From: Tricharina praecox
Lineage: Eukaryota
DNA: 64,000 bases
Direction: 5' to 3'
NCBI RefSeq assembly: GCF_024521635.1
Contig: NW_026250421.1
Coordinates: forward strand, 1 to 64,000
The notes under the pieces were generated by a model. That model had not been told where the DNA came from, made no database searches, and saw only the letters and a program-made list of their open reading frames with translations. Positions 13,817 through 25,622 of the stretch are shown here, piece after piece; the stretch's first letter is position 1; every line of letters begins with the position of its first letter. The position numbers were made by a program, and so were the translations under genes.

Positions 13817-16704
13817 ATGTCCAACCTTCCCCCGACGGGCCCACGGCGTTTCACGGGCCCGTGCAGATTCTTCCTCGAAAGCTCCTGCAACTTCGGCGAG
13901 AACTGCAGGTTCTCGCACGACGTCGCTGCGGCGCCGGCAAATAAACAACAGCGACCACCACCACCACCGACCAGAGGTCGGGGTTCGGGACGGCGTCGTG
14001 GAAGGGGCGGCAGACCAGTGCCGACTGGAAATAATTTCCCGACGAACATGAACCCCACCACCACCGGGGCGGCGCAGCTAGAAATGGCGATCAAGGAGCT
14101 TCTGGTTGGTGTCAAGAAGGGGAAAGAGGGGGAGATAACGGTTTGTTTTCCCCGGTGTTTGATATGTGGAGGCTGTGGCTAATGCGGACTTAGAGACGGT
14201 TTGTGGAGCAGCCTCCACGGAAGGAGCCAGAAGAGTCCCCGCACCAAGACAAACTGATGGGCGGGTACATGGCGGTCCGTTTCGGGCCCGGCTTGGAAAT
14301 CTTAACCATCCAGTCCACGGACGTAACCTCGCCTTCGGCGGTGATCGAGGGCCTACCCAAGAACACGTCGATGCAGGAGGCGTTGACTATCGCACGCGAG
14401 TTCAAACCCGATCTGCCGCCGCAGGCGGTGAGGACCTTTGTGCGTGGGGACAAACTGCAGGCAGTGGTGAACTATGACGACGTCCTCGTGGCGGATGCCG
14501 CGATCAAGGCGTTGGATGGAAGGAAGTGGAAAGATGGGACGCTGGCGGCCAGGGCGTTGAAACCCACGAGCGCCAGTGATGATGTGACGAAGATCCAGTG
14601 CTCCTGGTTTCAACCTGCCAAAGCTGCGTATCTGCAGTTCTCGCAACAGAGCGAAGTAGATGCTGCGGTTGCTACGGCTGGAAGGATCAAGGAGATTCGC
14701 GGGCAACGGTATAAATGTCTACCGCAACCGCCGCGGCCGGGGACCCGGTCGCACAGGGTTTTGCTGGTCGGATTGGATCGGGCGACGACTGAAGTTGATC
14801 TGCGCGGTATCTTCACTTTCGAGTCGCTCAATATGAAGGAACCAAAGTTCGATGTCTCCCGCGATGATGTCGTGGCCTATGTTCGCAGCCTCTTTGATGG
14901 GACGAAGATTACAGACTGGAAGATTGTATCCCACCCGGCTGACAGCAAGCAGAGGGTCCTGATCGATGTTGAGAGCGCCGACCATGCCAGAAAATTCTAC
15001 CGGGAGAATGATGGCAAGAAGCATGGCTTCTTGGGTAACACCACACTGAATATCAATCTCTCGTACAACGCTACCTTCCGCATCCCCGTCGACATCTTCA
15101 AGGCGGTCAAGGAAGAGGTGGTAGCTCTGGAGGTGGCCGAGCGGACGAAGGAACGAGAGATTGTGCGCGCAGGAAAAGCGAAGGAGTGGGACGCAGGCGA
15201 CGACTCGCCGGCCCGAGTTGTGATATACGACCGCTACGTGCCAGTAACGGTGCGGATCTTCGGCCGAGGTCGTCCCGCCGTAGTCCGTATCAAAACGGCC
15301 ATGCAAAAGCTGCTCCGCGGCGAGATAGTCTGCGATGAAGACGGACGAGCCATGTGGAATCCCACACTTAAGGGAATCGATGGTCACAAGGTCATGCGCG
15401 AAGTCAAGAACCGTACTGGTGTCCATATCAATCTCGACATCAGGAGCAGGACCATGACGCTTTACGGTACGCAAGAGCAGCGACAAGCGGCAAGGATGAT
15501 ATTGGCGGAGCAGTATCGGCTCCTGCTGGGTCAACAACATGATATCCCTTTGTCGGGACAGTCACTATGGCTTGTGCATCGAGGAGGTCTGGCCGGGGTT
15601 CAGAAACTTCTCGGAGCCGACAAGGTTATACTCGATCTCCCGAACAGGCGTCTCACCGTTACATGCAGCCCTGCGGTGATCGAGGAGGTCAAACGCCTTC
15701 TGCGCCAGCCTGGGGAAATCCATCGCTATGGAGGAGTGATGAACGGGGATGCCGCCACCGGAGGAGGGGAAGACGACTGTGCAGCATGTTTCTCCCCGGC
15801 CGAGCAACCTACCAAACCTCCCTGTGGCCACGTCTATTGCAAGCTCTGTGCGAGCGAGTACATTAACTCGACGATCGATACATCGACCTACCCTATCGTG
15901 TGCTTCGGCAACGAAGGAAACTGCAAAACGCCGTTCCCACTCGCCTTTATCCGCAGCCTCCTCACGAATGCAGATATGGACCGCCACATCACCCAAAGTT
16001 TCTCATCCTACATCCAAACTCACCCAAAAGAGTATCACTTCTGCCCGACGCCCGACTGCGGAACCGTCTACGGCGTGACCACGACCGGCAAAGTCTTCAC
16101 GTGCTCACAATGCTTCGTGGGGATCTGCACCACGTGCTGCACCGAAACGCACGACAACCAGACGTGCGACGAGTTCATGAGCGCGACCAACCCGGAGATC
16201 AGCGAGCAGCTGTTCCAAGGGTGGCGCGGCGAGCACGACGTCAAGAAGTGTCCGACGTGCAAGAGCTACGTCGAGAAGAACGAGGGCTGTCACCACATGA
16301 CGTGCAAGTGCGGCCAGCACTGGTGCTGGCTGTGCTTCGAAACCTTCCCCGACGGCGACCAAACAATCTACGCCCACATCGAGAGCGCGGCGTGTGTCGC
16401 CCGCCAGCGCCAGCAGACGGGGCTGCCGCAGGAGCCACCGCCGCCACCGCCGCCGTGGGAGTACAGGGCGGATTTCTTTGCGGAGCTGGGGCAGGAGGGT
16501 GTGGCCAGGGCGAGGAGGGAAGATATAGAGCGGATTAGACACATCCGCGCCGCCGCCGCCGAGCAGGAGGACGCACGGCGGGAGATGGCGGAACAGTTGT
16601 GGGCTCGCGAACGCCTACGGCGTGAGAGGATACGACAGGCGGATGAGCAAGCGGAACGTGAAAGGAGGAATGCCAGCGGTGGTGGGTTCTGCGCAATCAT
16701 GTGA
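13817..16704 (+). CDS. RBR (RING1-IBR-RING2) E3 ubiquitin ligase with N-terminal CCCH zinc finger, RRM/KH-like domains and C-terminal CaaX
   Basis: Exon 1 13817-14140 encodes CRFFLESSCNFGENCRFSH. Intron 14141-14193 (GTTTGT...GCTAAT...TAG) joins it in frame to the 833-aa ORF. RING1 CAAC..CGHVYCKLC, IBR CPTPDC..CSQC..CTTC..H..C, RING2 CPTC..EGCHHMTCKCGQHWCWLC. Ends FCAIM*. Confidence 0.9.
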
Positions 16705-17137
16705 GAGAGTACCTACGTTGTACTTGTACTCCGCCGCGCGCGGGGTGCCGTTTCTGTTGCCTTCGTACTTGCTCCCTATATTGATCGAGGTTGGAATTTT
16801 CTCTAGCTATCTATCTATCTATCTTATTTATTTTTTCAAATCTGTTGGGTGTGAATTTGTCTTGTTTTGCTTTTGGACCATTCTGTCTGTCTGTCCGGCG
16901 TGGCGATCTGCGAGGAATCTAGTTAGGAATTTGAGTTTTATATTGAGTCAATCATAGGCACTCACTCTACAATTAGCTCAATCACGTGCACGCGTCTTCA
17001 CTCTAGTCAAGCCTTGGTCACTTTACCTTCACGCAACCTCACCACCAACAACACTCTCCACTTCACTTCACTTCACTTCACCACCACCACCCTCACCACC
17101 CTCCTCCACCCACCCCCTCACAACAACCACCACCACC

Positions 17138-17588
17138 ATGTCCCGCCACCACCCTGACCTAGTAATGTGCCGCAAGCAGTCTGGGATCGCGATCGGGCGT
17201 CTCTGCGACAAATGCGACGGCAAGTGTCCGGTATGCGACAGCTACGTGCGGCCGACGACGCTAGTGCGCATCTGCGACGAGTGCTCGTTCGGCAACTACC
17301 AGAACAAGTGCGTGGTGTGCGGCGGCGAGGGCATCAGTGACGCTTTTTACTGCTTTGAGTGCACGCGACTTGAGAAGGATCGCGATGGGTGCCCGAAAAT
17401 TATTAATCTGGGCAGCTCGAGGACGGATTTGTTTTGTAGGTGCTCCCAATTGCGAGCCCCCGGTTCCCAGAATTGCAGACTGCGGAGACGGTGGTGGAGG
17501 CGGTGGTGGAGGTGTAAGAGGGAGAGGGAATACGTGCTAATACATGACGCGAATTGCAGATCAAAAAAAGAACTTCAGGAATCATTGA
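17138..17588 (+). CDS. RDS3: SF3b spliceosome subunit PHF5A/Rds3/Ini1
   Basis: [39 protein letters not shown]...[18 protein letters not shown]. Intron 17436-17559. The last exon gives YQKKNFRNH*. Confidence 0.97.
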
Positions 17589-18567
17589 TACGACGACGAC
17601 CACGACGACGACGCGTACGGCCGATGCGCACCCCCGGTGCACGAAGACTGCGGTGTACTACCTTTTACCTCCCCCGACACCCACAACCACCTACGACCTA
17701 CGACCTACCTCCACTACCTTTCTGTACTGTACAATAGGCGGGCTCGATTTCGTTTCGTTTCGTTTCTCTGTTGCGGCCTATACTTTAGTTTTGGCGTTCA
17801 TACTACATACCTATGTCATACCGTGGGCTCTAGGATGCGTTTTATACTGTAATTGCATGTATTGGTTGTTGTCTGGCTTCTCTTTGTATTTGCATACTTG
17901 CCATAGCCATAACCATAGCATTGAGCGGGATCAAGCATCAAGCATCGTTCATCACTCAGTCAATGCGACGACATTTGATACCTAGATCAAACCAACCATT
18001 TCCCCCCTCTATAGACAGTAGGCATACCTAAGTAGAGCTGAGCATGATTCGTACACGAAAAACGGGAAGGAAGGAAGAATAAAAAAAAGCACACAAACCA
18101 CAACAACCACCCGTTCCCCATCGCCACGCCCATCGCCATCTTCGGACACAAAAAAAAGGTGTATATTACAACAAAAAGAAACGAGGAAAAAAAGAATGAA
18201 GGAAGAGAAGAAGAACCGCAACCCCAGGCTTGAAAACTGAAACAGAAGAACCCCCCGCCCCGCGCGCCTCCCGCACCCCGCACTCCGCCGCCGCCCCCAA
18301 CTCGCTCCCATGACAAAAAGAAAAAGGATGCTGCAGCCGCTTGGTATAAGAAATTTACCCGTAAATGACAAACAGAAGGAAAATCAAAGGATTGTTGGTG
18401 GTGACGGACTAAACGGAAATTATGACACAAAAAAAAGCAAAGGGGATAAAACGCCATGGACACACACAGATCAGTGTCGTGTCCAAATCTAAATCGCGGA
18501 GTAGAGTACAGTGGGTGGGTGGTAGTATTTTCGTGTTGGAAGGGAAAGAAAGACAAAACCGCATGAC

Positions 18568-21500
18568 CTATGGAGCATGATCGGAAGTGGGCGCAACAAC
18601 AACCTCAATCTCCTTCTGCGCTGCTGCCACCTCATCGTTCTCAGCCCCATTCAACTTCACGATCAACTTCATCTCCTCGACCGCACTGCTGACTTCGGGC
18701 ACCTCGGCTAGCTGCTCCTCTTTGGTGTTACTTCCGCGGCGACTGAAGGACGGCTTGTGGACCAACTGCAGTGTCGACGTCGATGATGTTCCCAATTCCA
18801 CATCATCCCTCTTCGAGACCGTCGCCTGGCTCTCACGCCTGCTGAAGCTCATGGCGCTGTGCATGCTCTCAGTTTCGCCGCCGCCACCACCGTGAAGAGT
18901 GCCTGCGTCGGAATCCGCTTGGGTAGATTTGTGACGCTTGAGGCGGTCCTCGGGCGATATGCTCTGCCATTCGGAGCCGAAGGTGATGACGCTCGCCTTC
19001 TTGCCGTGAACCGTGAAGCTACCGGCAACGCGCGCGAGTCCTTCATCGGTACTCACCTTCTTCTCGGGTGTGACGGTATTCTCCTCGCCGTTGGACTTGC
19101 CCCTGCGATGGCCGATTCCCTGGCTCTCGCGTAGGGTACGCTGGAGGCTTCTGCGTACACTGGGTCGGCTCTCTCTGCCTTTGCCTTTGCCCTTGTCCTT
19201 TCCGCTCTCCCGGTCGTCATCATCCCGGTCGACTCCCAGGCTGGAGTGGTGAGATCTCGCTGGGCTGATCGATCGGCGACTGTCGGTGGTATCCATACTG
19301 TTCTGTCGAGAAGACCGACCAAGCATCCTGGCTGACGAGCCTGAAGGTGAACGAGGCCTAGGCACAGCGGACAACGCCGACTCTCTTCCGGTGCGTTCGT
19401 GCGGCGAGCCGGCGTGATCGCGATCGGTGGAGGGAATGCTCTTGTGACTGCTCGTCACGTGTGAAGAGCGGGACGAGACGTGAGACAACTGTTCGGTGGC
19501 CTGCGGAGAAAAGATGGCTTGTGTTGGAGTCTGTGTTCCGGAACCGGTATCCATGGTGGGAGAGCCGTGCGCGGACGGGATCGGAGATATACGAGACGAT
19601 GGAATCGGTGTGGTGATGACGAGATCCCTCTTGACTTGTTCCTGCACGGTCTTGCGTTCTTCGTCCAGGTCGAGAGCGAGGATGTCGCGATGGCACCGCA
19701 GCTTCCACATCTCCATCCGTACCCACTGCAACTTGGCCGCGAGCGTAGCTGCCGCCATGACCACCTGTTCTCTCGTCCTGGGCTGGATCGGTGTGAGGAT
19801 GGTCAAGTGTCTACCGTTCCTGAGATGGGTTTGCAGTTCCCGGTTCGCAGTGGCCAGACGCTCCTCCGAATCAAAGATCCTCTTCTGGACGACCTCCCTC
19901 CTTCTGACGATTATCTCGGCGGCCAGCTTGTGATCGATCCCCCCTCTGATTATCGATACTTCCCCGGTGGGTGTGATCACCGAGTGGCCGTTTGGCGATT
20001 GCTGAGCGGTCTCCATCCGCCGGATTCCCCTCAGGCGTTGTCCATCATAGTTCCCACCGACGACCCCGCGCATGCGCACACCAGCCGTCCGGAAGGTAGC
20101 CGCATAGTTGAGTTTTGCCAGCCAATCGTTCATTTCCACCTCAGAATCCGCAATGAAATACTCCTGGATTCCGCCGTGCCTGATGAAGGCGAAAGCATTC
20201 TTATGCTTCTTGTAGTTCTTATCCAGCAGCGCGACGGCATCGTCGGTCGATATCTGTGCGTCCGCCTTAAAATCCTCGAGCGGCGGCTTGAAGATGACCG
20301 GTGTACCAGGCCCTAGCTTGTGATGTTGCTCGTATTGATGCATCAAGCTCTTGATCCAGGTGATGTTGCGGAAGAAGTACAGCTGGGATCCCGTCAGGAT
20401 GGCACCCCACTCGTGCCATGGACTCCTCGTCTTCTTCTTCTTGAGCTCCTTCCGCCAGAGCAGTCCGACTTTCGTCACCTTCATCTCCACGACTCCGGGA
20501 TCCGCTTGCTCGGGATTTTCCGTCGATTGTTGCGTCATGAAAGCGTCGGGTCGCGAACGTGCCGAGACAATCTGCAGTACTGCCGACTTGAAGAAGGCAT
20601 TGTGCAGGGATGTCATGTCCAGTCGGGAAGCGGTCCCTGTGTACGAGTACGGGTCGTCGAATTGCACGACATCCTTCAGGCTGGCCCGCAAAAGATCCAG
20701 TCGGTTCTCAATGATCAACAGGTATGGGTCCACCGGCTCTTTGATCCGCTTCCCATCATACGAGTTGACGGCACGGTGAAACATGCTCTTCTTCGGACGA
20801 TGGGGTACGATCTTCTGGCCATTGATATCGAACTCATCTTCCAGGCGAATGAACGGAGTGTAAATGATGTTGGCATAAAAGCACTTGAGAGGAAATATAA
20901 GTCAGCTAGGTGCTCGAGTGATACATAGTGATGACACTACCTCCAGAATGTCCTTCGAAATACCCTCCTTGTCGAGGGCTCTCGAGGTGTTTTTGACATA
21001 ATCCGCCTTCTGCATTTTGTGCTTGTTATTCTTGTTGAAGAAATCGGTGTGAAGCATAATCAACGAAAAAGCAATGTAATATGCTTGATCTGCGGGACGG
21101 GGAAATGATACTCAGCAAAGCTAATCTCCAGGGATGACCATGAGAGGGGGATATTAATCTAACCTCCATCCTTGTAAACGAAAGGATTGCATTCGTGATA
21201 ACGGTCCGCAAACGCCTGCAGGACGCGGTCTATCTGTTGCGTTTCCGAGGGCAATTCGACTTCCATGAGAAGTTTTCTGGAAAGCACCAATCAGTAAACC
21301 GAAACACACGGTAGTAGTAGTTTCAAGGAGTAGACCCACCGTAAAGCCATATCCATGGGATCGTTCTCAAAGTCAAATGTTTCCATGTATGCCTTGAGCA
21401 CAGCCAGGTGGAACGTATCACCGTTTCGCGCCAATAGCGAAGCCACAACGCTCTTGCTCATCGCTTCGAACAGTTTCGACAGGTATACGGGCGGGGTATC

Positions 21501-22931
21501 TTCGTCATTCCTCTCCGGGATGGATATCTCGTGCGACGCTTTCCCGGATGGAGGCGCCGAGAGGGCAAGTTGTGGCTGTGGGGAAGAGGTCCGTGATGTG
21601 GAGCTGGAGAACGGCGGTTCACTATCCCGCCGTATTCGCTCGAGCAACATTCCGCCGAAACTGTTCCTCCCTCTGCCTTCACCGTGCTGTTCCAACGAGG
21701 ACATGGTCGAACTCCGGCCCCGTCGTTGGAGGCTGCCCGCCCTGAGCGCTGGGGAACCCGGGCTGGAGCGGCCGGAATTCGCCGATGCGATCGAGTTGGA
21801 CCGCAGGACGGGTACACTGCTCGCCGTCAACATGGTAGAAGTCGACGCCGGGTTATCGAAAGGGCCAGTTTTGGTCGGGCTTCCCGGCTGAGACATGGAA
21901 ACCATGGAATGCCGGCGCCCGGATGCTAGTGACCGGGGAGTGGCAGAGCCATCGTGGTCGTCGTGGGACGAACTCGCGCGGACATCCGAGGGCCGACTCG
22001 GCAAGGGGAGTGGGAAGAGAGGCGCATCCTTCTTCCTGCGTCGCGGTAGCCGGAAAAAGGTGGTGGTAGTGGTCGTGTGTGTGGTAGTGGTCGTATGGAA
22101 CGCGATGGTCTGGTCGCCCGAACTGACAGTCGAACGCGAGGATTCCGAGAGCCTTGGAGGCGGTAAGGGTAGCGGTAGCGACGAACTCTGATCGTCGTAA
22201 GGCGGTGGTTCCGTGGTCAACGAAGACAGAGTGGACTGGGCGGAGTGAGCACCACTGCTGCCGTCGGGACGTTCCGGTTCGTCAAAGGTGACCCTGCTGA
22301 GTCGCATGCTCGAACTGTTCCTACTCGAGCTCTGTGTGCGCTGTTTGGACAACGAGCTACGAAAGAGGGGCTCGGTATTACTGTGCACCGGCGCCCCCGC
22401 CCCTGCCGCCGGCCGCTCCTCCTTCTTGCGCCACAAGCGCATGGTACCCGAACGTTTCGGCAGCACGGTCGACGACGAGGAGGATGATGCCGCCAAAGGA
22501 GACATGAGATCGTCGGTACCGGATGTCACGTCGTTCGTAGGAGCCGTGGTGATGATCGCGGGCGGGTGGGGGATGGGCGGAGGGTTCACGTCGCGTGCTC
22601 TGAGGCCAAGCGCGGAGTCGGAAGCATTTCTGAATCGTGAGAGACTGAATCGCGGGCCAGCCTTATTGGACGGAGGGGATCCGAAGATCCTGATAGCGGG
22701 GGAACCCTGGAGGCCCACCGTAGCTGCGGATTGCGGTCTGCGATCGGCAACGGCGGCGGTGGCTGTAGCTGTAGCTGCAGAGGGGGCGACGGTGGATTCG
22801 GTGGTCTCGGGAAGAGGAGGATGGCGTGGGATATGTTCGCTGGAGCGAGCCTGCGCTAGGGCTCTGATGGCATCGAGACTGCGACGCGCTCGAAGGTCGG
22901 TATCGCTTTTGCGCTGATTTCGCTTGAACAT
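18568..22931 (-). CDS. Sec7-domain Arf guanine nucleotide exchange factor with PH domain (Syt1/Sec73-like)
   Basis: Four exons with introns near 21339-21278, 21163-21091 and 20940-20885. Sec7 motifs [32 protein letters not shown] (glutamate finger) and [15 protein letters not shown] domain KVGLLWRK...[13 protein letters not shown]. Confidence 0.9.
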
Positions 22932-25622
22932 ACTTTCTCGACGGTTACTTGGAAGTTGATCGATCGACCGATCGATCGACCGACTGGCCGACTGACTGGT
23001 TGACTGATTGGGAGTTGAGGGTGGAAGGGGGGGGTTCGACGAAGAGAGTATCTATGGGGGGAGGGGGGTTCGACAGAGTTCCGAGAGATTCAGGAATATC
23101 CGTGCAGACCTGTGTCACACGTGGGGTGCAGAGAATGAAATGTTTCGAATCGCTAAAGCGTGTGTATACCGCAAACGGCGATGTGGTCGCCGTCGACGTT
23201 AGCAGCAGTGGTGGTGGTAGTAGTAGTCGGGGGTCCGGGGAGGAAGGATTCGGAAGGGGGATATAGGTGGTAGAGGCAGTATAGTATGTAGTGCCCGGGG
23301 AATGGAGGGGGGGTGGTGTTGGAGGTTCGGGTTGGTCTCTTAGGACATTCCTGATTCTGATTCTGATGTTTTTTTTTCTCCTTCTTTCTTTCGTCTTCCG
23401 TTCGGGGTTCGAAAGTATCACGATTGGAATGTCAGGTTCGGTCTAGGCATACTAGGGGAGCAACGAAGAACGGAGGGTGAGGTGGTGAAGGAGACGAGGC
23501 GGAGAACAGACGGCGAGGAAATATCATCGAGATACGTGGGAGGACGAGTGTCAGAGCGAAAGGAATGTACGTGGGTTGGGGGGGAAGAGTGGGGAGGGGG
23601 GATATGGATATGGGTATGGGGGGTGGTCAGCCCGTGGGCGTGGGTGGTGGGAGTGAATGAGAGTAAAGGTGGGAGGAGGTGGAGGACGACGGGGATGGGG
23701 AAGCGGGAATGGGGGGAGAGGGGGGAGGTGCAGTGAGGAGAGTGAGCGAGTGTGAGGTCGAGTAGATACTTCTGAGTTTGGTTTGGCTGTGGTCCAGTCC
23801 CGTAGCTAAGGTAACTTAGGGCCGTTGAAACGGAAGGAGTAAAGGGACATAACTCTAACAGCAATTGCAGGTTCAGCCAGCCTGCGACCCCAACGCTCTC
23901 GGACAGCTCGTTTACCGGTTGACCAGGAACTCATACAGCAATCCAACTAGTTGCCGTCTAAGCTCTGCGCGCTTTCATCTCCCATCTCCCACGTCCCATC
24001 TTCCTCCTTCCGCTCTGTTCTTACTACATACCGGCATCCCATCGTACGCTCCACGTGCGCCGGAGACGGTCCGGCCACCTGTCCGCCGAATTGCAGCGTG
24101 CTTTCCACCTCGTCGAGACAAATCTTCACGACGCAAGAGTGCTTTCGGCCGGAAAATTGGTTCTCTCCGACTCGTTCTCGGGATGTTTTCCTGTTTCTGT
24201 TCCGGATCCGTGATGAGTGTCCAACTATCTGTAAATACGGCTGGGCATCTGGTAGCTGCGTACGTACGCACACCGTTCGATTGCTGACGTCAGGATCACA
24301 GTACAGCACAGTATCTACGGTACGATACAGCAAAAGTACACGTCCGGCGTTGCGGTGGAGAAGATATGTAGATAGAAAGGTAGGTGCTGTACTTGGGTGC
24401 CCGTACAAGAATAGGCAGAGCACCTACTACGATCTATAATACCCTCAGCCCTGTAGCTACCTACTCTCATACATACACACCCCGAATCCGAAACCTCCAC
24501 AGCTTCAGCTCGCTTCATCCACGAGTTGGCAACGAGAGGCCGAGACACCCCATTGACCAACGCAGTAACGAGAGTGGGCACAGGCCCCTCTTCAAGGAGG
24601 GAAAGTTCTGCGCACCACCAGTAGATAGTACTCGTAGCGACTCTGGATACTTATCCGCAGTGGCCATCCAGCGTCAATGGGGACTCTCTTTACAGGTTTC
24701 TCCATCTCATAGGTACATACATACCTCCATACCTCCATACCTCCATAGGCACCTCTACGCTCCTCCATCGCCGCCTTGCCATGGGATGCACCGTCCAATG
24801 GGAAAAATTCGACCGAATAAGTTTAAACGGCCAAACGAGATGCGCACCCTCGGCAGTATCCACGTGCGGAGTATATACCTTCTTGGTTACCGGTAGTCTA
24901 CCGTGGTCTAGACGGATGGATGGTGGATGCATGTTGGAACCACGGTATGATATCTACCGCCCCCGCCCCAGATTCTCCAGAGCTCTCACCCACCCTCCTT
25001 CCCGGCTTATCATCCAGAAGGCCGTAGTACAATACACGCGCATACGTAGCCCGTCTATGTGGAGTAAGGTGCTCTAGGCACCAACGTCCCGGGTAAAACG
25101 AAAACGGCGAATGAGGAGGAGAGAAAAGTTTGAAGATGGGGAAAGAGTGGGGGAGAGACAGCTGTTTGTTAGTTACCGGTGTGTAGAGCGAAATACCTAT
25201 CGACAACTACCGGTACTATGGCACAGAGTCGGCTTCGCCCCCTCCCCTCTATGCGGAGTAGTTACAAGAGGTGATTCTGTCTTCGCACGGAGTAATTCAT
25301 CAACGCATGTTCCGTGACACTCGCACTACCACCGTGTAAGCAGGTTTGCGGCTATGCATGAATCGCTAGAGTACATACACGGCTGTACTGTTGGAGACTA
25401 GAGTAGGGACTCATAGCTATCATACCGTAGTGGACTCTGCACAGTGCATAGGGTGCCTATTCTAAGCGCAGACCGTCGAATCGACGTCAACCTGACCACC
25501 GACCAGTTCTCCCCCATCTACATACGATCACGACAGCAGATACCTTCGGAGATCGTCCGAATTCCCAACAACGATAACAAAAACAACACCACGCCCGAGC
25601 ATACCATACGTGCGCGCCCAAC

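Noticed and set aside
19480..20928. Long plus-strand ORFs (278 and 202 aa)
   Set aside because: They are antisense to the Sec7-PH gene and have no independent motifs.
21235..21265. Suspected frameshift in the Sec7 glutamate-finger exon
   Set aside because: Re-reading gives TTG CCC TCG GAA ACG CAA CAG, which is in frame and intact.
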